Below are positions 1 through 12,399 of a stretch of DNA of 64,000 bases, piece after piece. How positions within the stretch are numbered: the first letter of the stretch is position 1; every line of letters starts with the position of its first letter. The DNA is from Craspedostauros australis (Eukaryota): assembly GCA_030167865.1 (NCBI GenBank), contig JALAGF010003296.1, positions 1 to 64,000 on the forward strand, read 5' to 3'. Below the pieces are notes generated by a model that saw only the letters and a list, made by a program, of their open reading frames with translations, did no database searches and was not told where the DNA came from. A program made the translations under genes and the position numbers.

Positions 1-1001
1 ATGTCACCCAGGATATCAGACAGAAGCTGCGCCCTTGCCTCGGCCATGCAAAGCGGAGCCCAAGCCGCGATGTAATGGCGGTGGTTGATGAAGGTATCAG
101 GCAGTGGTTTCTTCTTGCTTCTGGCCAGTTGCTGCGAAACATCGTCGTCTGCGCCAGGAGCATTAGTAGAACCGTCCAAGGTGCCTTTTCTGTTGTCGTT
201 CTTCGTTCCTTTCTGTTGCTGACCGTTCGGATGCTGTTGCTCCTTCTGCTGATCAGCGAGGTCAGTCACGAAGTTCCATTCTCGGATGCTCTTCCAAAAG
301 TCATCCGGCAAGGTGCTCGTAGCGAAGGAAGCGGATGATATGCCATCCTCGCTCATCATGCCGGACAGTCTTGTGCCGCTGCCGATGGTGCTGACGAGCG
401 ATGCAAGGCGGGTCATGCTCCCCTTTTTGCTGGCTTCAGTCGCGGCCGTGGCCACTCCCGTACCGCCACCGCTACTCGATATCTTTGGGACTCGGCCCGT
501 ACTACCTGATGCCGTTGCGTTGGCTCGCGCTGCGGCTAGAATGCCATGGGCCGATGGTGGAGCCGAAGATGACGCTAACGATTGGCCTGGTTGTTTGGCT
601 CGGTTCGGTCGCTTCAGGGATGGGCGCTTCGTTGGCGGTTCATTCTTGGTTCCCTGTGGCTGCACCGGGTCGATCATGATGATCTTCGCCGCAGGTCTGC
701 CCGGACTTAGCTTCTGTCGAGGTCGCTTCAAGGCCGGTTTCTGGTTTGTACTAAGCACCTGCGAGGTGGAAGAAGAGGAGGCGGTTGCTGGTGCTGGTGC
801 TGATGCTGGTGTTGATATCCGTTTGGTCAGAGTCAAGCCACCAGCTTTGACCTTTTGGACCGCCGATGGATTCGATGGATTGCTCTTGGCAGCGGAGTTG
901 GTTGGCGTACCAATAGAAGAGGGCTTCTTCATCATCGCAGCCAACCGGCGTTGCTTCTCAAAGATGCCCAACTCCTTTTGGGATGGATTGGACGATGGCA
1001 T
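1..1001 (-). CDS. Sen1/senataxin-like (UPF1-family) RNA/DNA helicase, N-terminal part; runs off the window
   Basis: Manual translation from the ATG at 1001 stays open to position 1 (MPSSNPSQKELGIFEKQRR...). After a low-complexity N-terminus it reads DDFWKSIREWNF...KKPLPDTFINHRHYIAAWAPLCMAEARAQLLSD, matching the 'P-x-F-x4-Y-x3-(F/W)-x-PL-x2-E-x-raqi' segment before the Sen1/MAA3 helicase core. The + ORF 286..1014 is its antisense shadow. Confidence 0.7.
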   Translation of the reverse strand, partial: MPSSNPSQKELGIFEKQRRLAAMMKKPSSIGTPTNSAAKSNPSNPSAVQKVKAGGLTLTKRISTPASAPAPATASSSSTSQVLSTNQKPALKRPRQKLSPGRPAAKIIMIDPVQPQGTKNEPPTKRPSLKRPNRAKQPGQSLASSSAPPSAHGILAAARANATASGSTGRVPKISSSGGGTGVATAATEASKKGSMTRLASLVSTIGSGTRLSGMMSEDGISSASFATSTLPDDFWKSIREWNFVTDLADQQKEQQHPNGQQQKGTKNDNRKGTLDGSTNAPGADDDVSQQLARSKKKPLPDTFINHRHYIAAWAPLCMAEARAQLLSDILGD

Positions 1002-2762
1002 GATTGCTGGATAGTGTTGATCGTTGTTGCTGAGAGTACAATAGGGCCGAGTGTTACATACGTATTGGGTGTTGCGAGCGGAATCGTTGGTGAGTTGTCG
1101 TCGAACCGATGGCATGAGTGTTCACATGCGTGCGAGTTTGCATACATACAAGCATGTGTACGAGTATGTGCGGTACGTATGGTATGCAGGCACAGGAAAG
1201 ATTGGTCAGCGTCCTCTGTCTCTCTCTCTGGAGTAGCGTGCGTACGAGTATCAGCATTGGCAGTGTCAAAATGCTTGATAACATGAGCATGCATACAGTA
1301 CGAGTACTCGCTGAAGTGCGAGCACAGTTACGAATAGCATGCCTTGTGGGGAGTATGCCCGATGCCACCACCATGAATGATGCAAGGCAAGATAGACGCT
1401 AGATGAAGCTGGGAGGAATGGAGCTGTGCTATCGAGATCGACTTGAGCATGAGGATGCGCACAACGAGGTGAATGCGCCATATGTTATATAATGGTATAA
1501 TACATACGAATCAACGCCGATGATGATCGGCGATCGCCCGTCGCAAACGTGATTGTGAACACAAAGCCGGGCACGAGCCTGTGATGAGAGGTCCTTGCGT
1601 CATTCCAACCAGTCATCATTGCAGCTCCTGGTTCTTCTTCCTCTGGCCTCCGCATCCAAGCACATCAGGGCCGCCAGACTGCGGACGATGCCAACATAAA
1701 AGACTTCGCGCAAGCAGAAACACTGGGAGTCACAACAACTGAGGGAATCGCAGGTGGAGGTTGCTGCGCATCATGTAGGAGTGCGGCGTGGTAGCCCATG
1801 AAGACCGAACAAGCTCCGACCTTCCATCCAGTGCACAACCACCAAGGTCTACCAAAGGAAGGCGTGGACAGACAAGCCACGAACGACAAGAGACGCAGAC
1901 AGCAACGCCAGCACGAGGAAAGGCACACGGTGTAAACATACGCATGTCCGGACGCCCATGCATCCATCCATCCATCCATGCAGCCACTCACTCACTCACT
2001 CACATGCATGTCCGAGATGGAATCCCAACAGACAATTGTGGGCTCGTTACTCACCACCGAAATGTGTAAAACTCGCGCCAAGTGTTGCCGCTCTGTTCTA
2101 CTCTGCTCTGCACTGAATCGCCAACAAAACCGATCGTTCCGATGAAAAGAAAGACACAAACAACGGATGATGCTGGAAACGACGCATTCGATGACACCTG
2201 TGCAGAGATCGAGGCAGCAGCCAGATGGATGAATGTATGGGCTGATTGGTGGCTGGATAGATTCGATGGCTTTGCGGATTTTTGGCGTCTTTGTAGTGTT
2301 TCTCTGCGCGGTCAATCGTGGAGTGTCTTTCGAATCTGTGTTTGCGGTTGTTGGTGGTGGTGGTGGTCGTGGTGGGCGGCGCGGGTGGCAGTTCGTCCTT
2401 CCACGCTTTCTGTTGTTCCTGTTGTTTCTGTTGGCGACTTTTTCTTCCATTCGTTGGTGGCTCGATGTAGTCGATTATCGACCACATTGATCATGTCTTG
2501 TGACGTGACACGAACTTCGTGATTCAGCTTCAACAATCCAGAAACACGATTCAACAAGTGTCGGTCATCTTTTTGGTTTTCTGAATCTGCCGAAGCTGAC
2601 TTCTTCCACACATGTCGCCCATGGTTGAAAGCACTGCCTGGAGACGATGATGCCACTCAAGACATCAAGTCACGAAATCCGCAGTCGATCATCCAAGGTC
2701 ATCCAAGGTCATCACAACACACATGCGCACACACGCATACACATGCACACATACGCACACCG

Positions 2763-4733
2763 ATGGCTGACGGCTCTGAACACAGGACGAGTACGAGCAC
2801 CGATGCCAAACATGCGGAGAACACCACATGGAGTTTCTTCTATGAACCTGCAACTTCCTCCATCAACGCAAGGAGAGTTGATGTGAGCAAAGCAAACGGT
2901 GCAGTTGCCACCGCAGCGAACAGGAATGCACAAAGCCAAATGCGCAGATACAATGATGCAGGTGTTTCTCCCAAGCAACCAAAAGGAAGGCGCTGTTGTC
3001 GCATTGGACTGAGAACACTCGGTCTCGTCTTTTCGATTGTGATCTTCTGCTGGTTGATCCTCACGTGCATGCTGGCCACGGCGCTGAGCAAGGCAGGAGC
3101 TGATCCGAACCAAAAGCACCCGTTGTTGCCATCGACCGGTGATGTGTTGGTCGGCACGGATGCAGTCAGTCAGTCCTCCTATCTGATGACGCAGAAACCT
3201 GAGGCAGCCAATGCATCGCATCCATTCGAATCAATGGAAAGGGGAGCAACACAAGCAATAGAAGCAACACAAGCAACGGTTGGCAGAGCACAGCACGGTA
3301 CGGAACAGCAGGTACAGATCGCCCGTTCCCTGGAATCTTCCTCAGCTCGGTACTTTGTCTACAATCGATCCGACTTTTCAGTGCTGCGCAAAGGCAGCCC
3401 TCACTATCAGGGCCATCGCATCGGCGCCCCCATGTTTGTCCAACGATACGGTGATGACAACCGATCCGATGAGGACATGCTCGTTGCGTTGGAACGCCAC
3501 CCATTGCGAACGTACGATCCGGAACAAGCCCAGGTCTTCATCATCTCTTTCCTTCCGGGCCAAATCCTCACGTGGCAGCCAGGCAAGATGAAGCTGTCCA
3601 AGCAGGTGCAGGAATGGTACGACAAGCATCAGGATGGACGTGGCGATGGTCACAGCCCCGCCGCCAGCTTTGGTGGATTGCCCACCGTCGATCTGTTCGA
3701 GCTCACCTTCCGCGAGCTTCTGGCGCATCCCATATACAGCCAGTACAAGCACAGGCACAACCACGTCTTGCTATCAACAGCGTTGGTCACTTTCCACCAT
3801 GGAGATGTGGGCAAGGTTCGTGCATTGGCGCGATGGTACAACGACCTGCAGAACATCACCGTTGCGATGTCTTTTGATGTGCGTGCCATGTGGGAGGCAC
3901 ATGGGAACGGCGTGCTGGCAGGCAACGACTACGAGACCATGGCTGGACCCATGACACCGGTGACGCGATCGTCTTTCTCACTCGGGTTGGGATGCCAGTC
4001 AAGCTGTGGGCTTGATCTGATCCCAGCAAGCATGCAACGATTCGATACGGCGAAGTATCACATATTCTACCAGACACGAACGACTGGATCCTTGTACAAC
4101 TCCACCATCTATCGACATGCTCCGTTGACGCACACCAACCTTACTCAACAGCTGTATCCACGTGCGCAAGATGGTAACGGCAACATGGACAACATACGCA
4201 ATATGCACAACAGCAGAGAGATCAACGGCCGCGATGCCAACGCGCAAGATAATTGCATGGGATACGGATTGCCCAACCGACGGATCTGGAAGGACAGGTT
4301 CTCATCGTCTCAGTTCTGCTTGGTCATCCGTGGTGACACACCCCACTCCCATTCTCTAATCCGCAGCATGCGGGTGGGCTGCATCCCCGTCATCATCAGC
4401 GATTGGTACCCAACCTTCTCACCGACACTCAAGACGAGCCTGCCAAACATGGAGGCATTCGCGGTCTTCATTCGGGAGAAGGACTTCGTTCAGGATCCGC
4501 AAGGCACTTTGCAGGCCCTCCGTGAGTTGCCGCGTGCTTATATCGAAGAGAAGATTGCAAATCTCCGCATAGCGCAGCGCATCGTGTTTGCGGATCATGA
4601 GCAGAGCCTGTTCGTCCCTGCGTTTGTGACGGAAGCGTTAGCAGCAATGGAAGATGCCAAGACACTGCACAGAGATGAGGGAGGTGATGGTGCTGATGTT
4701 GATGTTGGTGGTGGTGGCGGTGGTGGTAGTTGA
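2763..4733 (+). CDS. Exostosin-family (GT47) glycosyltransferase, type II Golgi membrane protein
   Basis: N-terminal TM (LGLVFSIVIFCWLILTCMLATAL), 'HPLRTYDPEQAQVFII', and the exostosin signature SQFCLVIRGDTPHSHSLIRSMRVGCIPVIISD. First ATG at 2763 (MADGSEH). Confidence 0.88.
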   Translation: MADGSEHRTSTSTDAKHAENTTWSFFYEPATSSINARRVDVSKANGAVATAANRNAQSQMRRYNDAGVSPKQPKGRRCCRIGLRTLGLVFSIVIFCWLILTCMLATALSKAGADPNQKHPLLPSTGDVLVGTDAVSQSSYLMTQKPEAANASHPFESMERGATQAIEATQATVGRAQHGTEQQVQIARSLESSSARYFVYNRSDFSVLRKGSPHYQGHRIGAPMFVQRYGDDNRSDEDMLVALERHPLRTYDPEQAQVFIISFLPGQILTWQPGKMKLSKQVQEWYDKHQDGRGDGHSPAASFGGLPTVDLFELTFRELLAHPIYSQYKHRHNHVLLSTALVTFHHGDVGKVRALARWYNDLQNITVAMSFDVRAMWEAHGNGVLAGNDYETMAGPMTPVTRSSFSLGLGCQSSCGLDLIPASMQRFDTAKYHIFYQTRTTGSLYNSTIYRHAPLTHTNLTQQLYPRAQDGNGNMDNIRNMHNSREINGRDANAQDNCMGYGLPNRRIWKDRFSSSQFCLVIRGDTPHSHSLIRSMRVGCIPVIISDWYPTFSPTLKTSLPNMEAFAVFIREKDFVQDPQGTLQALRELPRAYIEEKIANLRIAQRIVFADHEQSLFVPAFVTEALAAMEDAKTLHRDEGGDGADVDVGGGGGGGS

Positions 4734-5221
4734 ACAAACAGAGTAACTCCGCGGTAGACCATTCGACACCCACGCATGAGCGAGAAACATTTCATTGATG
4801 GGTCTTGATGTGTATAATAGAATACCATAGAATACTAAAGGTGCTGAGACGTAGCTATGTGGGTGAAGGTACAGGGACTCTGCCCTGGCCCACTCTGCTC
4901 TATTCATAATAGTATTATGTACGCGTAGCACGTTCTACAGCGACATGGAAACTTGATGACGAAGATCCATGTGGCGAACGTCAGACAGACGTGCCACGAG
5001 TCAGCCTTGAACAAAGATTTTCGATCGTCACAAAACAAATCCTCTCCACAATTTCACACGTTGGAGCGTGAAGAAACAGTCGCTTGAAACACGAAAGCAA
5101 CAGCAACCATCCAACGAGCGCCACCTCCATCTGTTCAGTAACAACAGCCAAAGAAAGCGACGAACAAGGATCACATCTCAGGATTGCCACAATCTCACCA
5201 TACCATACCATACCTACAACT

Positions 5222-5905
5222 ATGTCGACCGAAACAGCGAAAGACGCGGACCGATTCACCGAGGAGCTACGAGCAACTGCTGGCGAAGAATGGGAGAAGA
5301 TCGTCCATCACAAGTTCACCAACGAAATCGCTGCCGGAACCATTGACAATGACGTGCTGAAGCGCTACCTGATTCAGGACTTTCGCTTCCTGGACGCCTT
5401 CGTGCAGTTGCTCTGCAGCATCATCGCGAAGGCCCGGTCCCTCGGCGATCGCATTCCCCTGTGCCAATTCGCGGCGGTCATCACGTCCAAGGAGGCCACC
5501 TACTTTCAACGTTGCTTCGACAAGCTCGGAGTGTCCGACGAAGAGCGTGATAACACGCCTGATGCCGACTGCACCATCGGCTTCACCAACCTCATGGCGA
5601 ACACTGCCCACAACGGGACCTTGATCGAGATGCTGGCCGTCATCACCGTGTGCGAGTGGAGCTACATGAGCTGGGGCAACCGCGTGTTGGGTGGCACCGT
5701 GCGAGAACGCTTCGAGTGCTTCGAGTGGGTGGATCTGCACACGGGAGAGAATTTCGAGAGTATCGTCAACCACTTGCGTTACATGCTGGACAAGGAAGGC
5801 GCCGCGGAGAATGCTGATTCGGACGCCAAGAAAGCTGCAACCAAAAAGTTCATGGAAGCTGTCCAGCTCGAACAGGATTTCTTCAACTTCGCGTACAATG
5901 CCTGA
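5222..5905 (+). CDS. tenA: TenA/THI-4/PQQC-family thiamine salvage protein (TenA_E-like)
   Basis: WEKIVHHKFTNEIAAGTI..VLKRYLIQDFRFLDAF, VCEWSYMSW, FEWVDLH, LEQDFFNFAY. Intronless; ATG at 5222. Confidence 0.88.
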   Translation: MSTETAKDADRFTEELRATAGEEWEKIVHHKFTNEIAAGTIDNDVLKRYLIQDFRFLDAFVQLLCSIIAKARSLGDRIPLCQFAAVITSKEATYFQRCFDKLGVSDEERDNTPDADCTIGFTNLMANTAHNGTLIEMLAVITVCEWSYMSWGNRVLGGTVRERFECFEWVDLHTGENFESIVNHLRYMLDKEGAAENADSDAKKAATKKFMEAVQLEQDFFNFAYNA

Positions 5906-6431
5906 ATCGCCCAGGAACAGAGCTCTGCCTATCAGCAGTCAGTACAGGAACAAGCGTAATCGTATCAGGAACATGGCATAGTTTCAGCCGCACTGCTGCA
6001 GATCATGATTCGAATACTTGCCAACTCTGAGTGTGTGATAGGCATAGTAGTTGCAACAGGTTCTCGTACCAACCTGCCATTACGCAACAACGACAGGCAT
6101 CATTTCCTTCGATTTCAACATTCCGTTGTTAATTGTGGTGCAATTTGGTTTAGTGTCATTTTGAAAGGGACAAGCAGCGACTCGCCAATTGATTGGGTGG
6201 GAAAGTGGAAGAATTCTTGCATGAAAGACATCAATCAGATCCCGCCATGTTCATGGTGATGCACTCTCCCTCTAGCTCGATCGTAGGGAGCCATTGTCAG
6301 TTCTTGAACAACCCACTGTTTTTTGTGTTCGTGTTTGTTGTTGCTTGATGTCAATCAACTTACAGGTTCGACTGCCGCACCTTTGCCTTGGGCTCTTCAT
6401 TGTTCAGTTGCAATGGTTTGAATTGATTGGC

Positions 6432-9186
6432 TTACGTTGCTTGAGGCAATGCGGATCGTAGTGCCCCCATGGAGTCCAGCGGGGAATTCAGATCCGCTGC
6501 CACAGCAGCAGGATGATCGACGTTGGTTGGTTGCACAGCCGCATTGTCGAGACCTGCACTTGTCCCGGCACTTGCATCCACTGAGATGTGACCCTCGGTA
6601 GGAGCCTGGCCCGCAGCATCCGGTTCTCCGTGATGTTGCTCACCTGGATATTGATTTGGCCAGTTGCCTTGATTCGCTGCGCTGTGCGGAGGCATGTTGT
6701 TGCGACCTCTGGCGCCGTTCGCTCCTCCTCCATACTGGCCAGGCCCATTACTTCCACGATGGTGGCTTGCGTTCATGTTGCCGTGGTTGGATTGGTTCTT
6801 GTTGTGGGTGCCAAAGTTGTCCCCCCTTCCATTCTGATCGTTCTTGATCATCTTGTGCTGGACCTTGAGCCGTTTGTTACCAATCTGGGCAAAGTAAAAC
6901 ATCAAACAACCGACGGAGGGACATCGCCAAGGTCAGTTGCGCACATGTTTTGTTGGTTGGTTGGTTCATTAAATTGTCGTAAAACGAATGACAGTACGCG
7001 ACGATGCAAATTAAAGAGGGCATGTGAGCAAGCAGCTCAAGTCGTCCGATTGCCATGTGTTTGGAAATCTACCTTGTTTTCTCTTTCATGCCCGCACACT
7101 CCCATGTGATCATCAAACCACACTGTCGCATAAACGAAGGACACAGGACATTTCCATGAAAAACAGACGGGCGTTCAAAGTGGAGGCGACGGCGCAATTC
7201 ACATGCACATGTGCATTGTCTTGACGTACCGGATACTGATTCAATTCTTGGATGGCGACTGCGGCTGACTCTGGATTGTCGTAGGACACGAAACCAAATC
7301 CGCGGCTACGACCAGTCTCTCTCTCCACCATGATGCGGACGCTTAGCAAGTTACCGTACGGTGCGAAAAGGTTGTACATGTCAACGTTGGTGAAATGGTT
7401 GGGAATGTGGAAGATGAAGAGATTCGCTCCGTCAGGTCCCTTGTTTGACGCCGAAGTTTGGATCGGTGGTCCAGGAGAAGTTGCAGGGTAGTATTGAGAC
7501 CCGTAGGTGCCGGTCATGTAAGACCCGCCATGGTGTGGGTGCGTCATGCCCGTGTGGTGCGGGTGCATCCTCGGCATTTGTGGCACCGATGTGTAGTGCG
7601 CCATGGTCGTTGGTCTTGGCTGCAATGGGCTTGGAGGTGCGAACATCTCGGGCAACGTGGTGCCATATCCCCACCCCTGCCCACCTTGGTTGTGCGCGAA
7701 CATGCTCGTTCCGGGTGCACCTGCACCTCCGCCAACGACCTGATTCATGCTTTGTGGTGCCGACAGACCGCTGGGCCCGTACGGAGAGTATGCCGGGTTC
7801 GAGCCGTCAACTGGCGGGGTCGTCTGTTGTGTTGTGGCAGTCCCTTGGGACTTTTGGTCGGGAGGCAGCGCAGGACCTGGCAGCATCTCGTCAAACGAGC
7901 TTGATCTCGTGGCTCCGGATGATGATGGCATCCCTGGGACGTACGGAATGGGAATGGTCTGGCCAGTGAGCTGCGGGGAGAATTGCACGCCGACTAACCC
8001 TGGTTGGGTTCTGCCATGTTGTGATGTCGAATGTCGGATGGTATACCAATACCGCGTTGCGTTGTACCATCACGAAATGAAGAGAAGCGCAGGGACAAGG
8101 GTTGGATGAATAAAAGCATGGATGAGGTGGTTGAGGTAAGTTCGATGATTCAAATCACACAGCCAACATGGGAGCGCCAGAGAAAGAGCATTGATGCCAT
8201 GATAGACGCTGCGGTGCGGCGCGGTGCGATGCGGTCTCTGGGCTGAACGTGGGATCGCAGGTGCAAACTCGGCAAGCTCTGTGCATGGCAGGTTTGGAAG
8301 AACCCAAGACAACAACACGAATACTCTGCGCCAGTCGAAAACGCAAAAACAACGCAAGCTATCCGTAATCTCACGTCACGTCGTACCTTTGATTGTCATT
8401 CCAGGCATTACCATAGTCCTCCGGTGAACCGTCTGACTGGTGACGATTCTGCCTTTGGTGATGAAGCAGATGAGACCGCTGGCGTTGCTGCTGGTTGTGA
8501 TGTTGGTAGGACTGCGGTTGATGGTGGCGAGCATAGGTCCCCATGTACATGCCTCCGTTGGATGGTCCGAAGACGGGAGAAAGATAAGGCGGACCAGGAC
8601 TCAGCGGTGCGATCCCGCCCTGGATGGCATGGTCGAGAAGTACGTTGCTGCCGGGGTTGGTGATTCTTGGGAAGAGTGGAGAGGCTGGCGGAATCACGGC
8701 TGAGTTCTGCGAAGGGCTGCCAGGTGGTTGGCGTTGGCCGGAGAGGCTGATGGCTGTTCCGCCAGTGCTTTCGCCGCCGTAGCTCCCGACTGTGCCGAGA
8801 GAGTGGAAGTTACCTCCGAAGCTTGTTGCGTCGTAGAGCGCGGTGCCGATACCAGCGGGGGACGGTGGCTCTTGATAGCCCATGTATGGATGGTATCCAT
8901 GAAACTGGGGAGTGAGGCCAGAAGCCGGGAGCTGGTTGATTGTCGTGATTGTTTGGAGTGGCGAGTCTGGCTCCCTAGGCAATTCTTGGGGCTCTGCGGG
9001 GATGTTGCCGCTGCCCTCTTCGGCGGTGACAAGCGAAGCGTCTGGGTTCATCACGATGTGGTTGTTGCCCTCGGTTGTCCCCGTGTCTGTTCCTGCTGTC
9101 GCAAGGTCTGTTTGCGATGCTTTCGGCAGCGGATTGGAGTTTGGTTCTGCGGGGGCTGGGGTTGGATTAGCGGTCGAGTTTGCCAT
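6432..9186 (-). CDS. CELF/Bruno-like RRM RNA-binding protein (3 exons)
   Basis: RRM GPDGANLFIFHIPNHFT...GRSRGFGFVSYDNPESA..AIQELNQYP|IGNKRLKVQHK. Frame-consistent exons are 9186(or 9405)-8387, 8010-7230 and 6884-6432, with GT-AG introns 8386-8011 and 7229-6885. Start codon uncertain. Confidence 0.85.
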
Positions 9187-11722
9187 CTTGGGGGATTCGG
9201 ACTCAACAGGATCACCCTTGTCGTGAGGTGGTGAGGATGTTGCCGTTGCTGTTGCCGTTGCTGTTGCTGACTTGGTGTGTACCACTACTAGTGCATCCGC
9301 TTCGGCTTCTACTTCTGTGTGCGCTTTCGTTGCTGTGTTGGTTGCTGTGGTTGTGATGGGGACTGTGGTTGTCAACGGGAGCACGGTGGCAGTGATGACC
9401 GGCATCCAAGCGTTTCTCTGTGGAGGGAGCCGCAGCGTGTGTAGGAAGGGTGGTCCACCGTTGCCGTGAAAGTGAATGTGAGGGTGTGAGAGTGCGTGAT
9501 CGAACGCGGATTGAAGATATGGAAGGGGTAGATTGATGTTGTGTTGTTGTGTTAATGTTTTGATGTGTTGATCGGCGTTTTGGATCTTTGTGCTGAATTT
9601 GTGGTTCTGGTGGATTTTTGGTGGTCGACGCGTTGAGATGTTGAAGTGCTGATGTGCTGAATGGGATCGTTGGGTGCAGAGCCACCTCGATAGTCGCAAT
9701 GGAGATTTTCCTTTGTCGATGATGAAGCTCTGTCCTTGTGAGCTCACAGATGACAGAGCTGCGCTTATCAATGCTGTTCCCCGATTGATGGCCGGGGAAG
9801 GAGCAAAGGCGAAAGTGAAGGCGGCAGCAGCGATGCGTCCTAATGGGAAGGCAGGGAGGTTTGTTCCCGTGCGGTATCTTTTGATCTGTCTATTTGCCCG
9901 TTTGACTGTCAGCCTGTCTGCTTGTCAGCTTACCTGTTGTGATGTTGTGGTGCGTTGTTTGTGCACTGGTGGCAGCTTTCCGGGATGAAGAGAGCGTCAC
10001 GTGTGCTTGGTTGATGGGTGCAGAGTGCGATACGCCGCTTCAATTGCCTCTTTCGGAGAGTGTCGACTTTGGCGCGCGCGAAATCGGGAGGATGTGCACA
10101 AGGGAGATTCCGCAGGCTCAGAACGTTCTCGGAGTCGTGTCAGGCGAGAATTTGTGCTCTCTTCTGCTGTCGTTTTTGGATTTGGGAACAGCGGCGCTTC
10201 CGCAACCTGTCGGATTGCTTGATTGCTTGCTCGATTGACTGACCTCGATTAATCGATGTCGACAATGCCGTTGATGACGGTGCTGATAATCTTATGTTAA
10301 CGAATCAGTCACAAACTCCAAGTTGCTTCCGGACGTATGGGATATGGTGCTCGCACGGATCCATCCACCGGAATGAGGGCGAGGACGAGAACTACGACGA
10401 GAATGGACAGACGGTACGGTATCTCGCAAGTCTCTGGATCCTGAGCCGCGGAGGGGCACAAGCGAAGGGGGGATGTGACACCTTCGGAGGTCTGGACGAA
10501 AGATGTTGGGTTAGATGGTACCGAACACGCAACCGAGGATGTGGTTGTTGTTGGGCGAGGCTCTTCGTGTGGAGATCCTCTTGTCGACACCGCTCTTGGG
10601 AGAAGATCGGTGGATCTGCTCTGTCGGCTTGCGATGTTTGTGCGATCCCTTCCTTCTCTGTTGCTGGGAGCGTCGATGCGAGTGTTCTGGGACGTTGATG
10701 CGTCGGTGAGTCGATGTGTCTCCCGGCCTTTTTGGCTCTGCACGGATACTGCTGTCCGTGGCTGCCCACCGCACAAACTGCTTACCACAACTACGAGTAC
10801 CACACCATGGACACCTGCCTGTTGGTACTGCAGCTCTCTGCGCGAGTTGGAGTACTCAGAACAGAAGTCTCCTCCGCCTTCGTGCCTTCTTGATGTCTGG
10901 CTGATTGATGGCGACAGGAGGCAAGGAGAGGCGGGAAGGAGCGAACACGTGATTGCTGTCTCTTCTGTCCATCAACGCCCTCCGTACCAAAGAGGTCGTG
11001 CCATTCGTCCACCAACAACCGCTAAGGCAAGAGGGACTTGATGGGTTCCTGATGGCCACCGCGAGCATCAATCACGGAACGAAAGATCTTTTCTTTCGAG
11101 ACAATTGAGCACAACGGCGACAGAAGCGTCACGAGTCTGCGCTCCTGCCACGGATCCACACGAAATGGCGTTCGGCGACACCTCGAAATCGGAACTTCTT
11201 CGAGATGTCGTGCACCGGGACTCGCACCGGTACTTGGACGTAGGATCAAGCAGGAGCCCTACCAGCCTTGGGTGGATTGCGTTGGCGTTCGTGTTGACCA
11301 GTCGTACGATTCGGCTTGGTATGACGTCATGTTGACGCCTAACACGACACCTCTCAGCCTTTTTGCGGAACATGCGACATCTCACCGAACAAGAGGACTT
11401 TTTAATGACGTCAATGCGAACTCAATGGACAAGCGCGGACAGGAGGACGGACGCCAATAGCGTCGGCAATCCATCTTCGTGGATGTCGCAATCGGACATG
11501 ATAGCGACATGCCATGCTTCTCAATTTCTGCAACGCACGTGCCGCCTTGCGATGCTGCGATTGCTGAGTTGAAGGTACATGAAATTCGTCTGCTGCATGT
11601 CGTATCGGACAGTCAGGGCGAGCACAAATCGACATGTTGTCCCACAAGAAATTTCATCACGACTCAAATGCACCCTGTTTGAACTGCCCAACAGCTCTCA
11701 TCACACATGTATTAGCCCTGTT

Positions 11723-11868
11723 AGCGAGTCGACCTCCGCTTTGCTATTGGCCGCCAGAAATATATCTCCGATGTCCAAACCAAACGCACATTCGCAATCC
11801 TCATAGTCTCCTTATAAATTCTCAACCCATACAGTTTTGAGTTAGATCCTATGCTAAGTTTGATGGAC
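11723..11868 (+). repeat. Left copy of ~145-bp imperfect inverted repeat (partner 15318-15464)
   Basis: Blocks shared with the reverse complement of 15318-15464: AGCGAGTCGACCT, TTGGCC-CCAGAAA, AATCCTC, CTCCTTATAAAT, GTTAGATCCTAT, ATGGAC. Hand alignment of the core gives about 96/123 identities. Confidence 0.85.
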
Positions 11869-12399
11869 CCATCAGTGTGCGAATATTTTCACCGCATCCG
11901 GGATTCAGCTCAATGATACGACTACATCGATTCAATTTAACGCGTTGCTGTTCTTTGTCCCAGCGATTCTATTCCCATTTTGAATTTTTTAGTCTCCGCC
12001 TGAGGTGTTCGGATGAGGCCATTCATCAGTCCATCCTCGATAGCACGAGCGAGTTTTGGTCCCATTCGGGAGAAGTGGTGGGAGTGTGTTTACATCCATT
12101 CTGCCCTGTGTTTGTCTAATACGTCCTCTATGTCATGAAACACCCAATCACAGCACAATGCGAGACATCATCAGCTCTGTTTCGTTGCGACGATGTGGTT
12201 GAGTTGCATTGATACCCATGGAGAGCTTTGCATCATGCTCCTGTCATGTATTCGGTACAATTGTAGGTAATCTCCACACCTCCCAACATGGAAGACTGGT
12301 CGACAGTAGCAAATTCCACACAACAACATGACAATGGCATCACACAACAAAAATTCCACAAAGGCCGGCCGACAGCATTCACAGCGCCACACCAACCAG

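Noticed and set aside
286-1014. 242-aa + strand ORF and similar long antisense ORFs (e.g. 30349..31482, 44605..45816, 59639..60919, 51964..52881)
   Set aside because: Shadow ORFs opposite well-supported genes, with no motifs of their own.
4840-6300. TPP riboswitch near tenA (GCTGAGA at ~4843; CGTAGGGAG at ~6282)
   Set aside because: The two hallmark motifs are far apart on opposite sides of the gene. There is no CTGAGA in the 3' UTR and no compact aptamer can be built; an Infernal RF00059 scan would be decisive.
9187-9771. N-terminal extensions of ORF-track calls (also 2625-2762, 34961-35239, 51193-51768)
   Set aside because: They run through CA-rich 5' UTR-like sequence or begin at non-ATG codons; downstream ATGs give more plausible N-termini.
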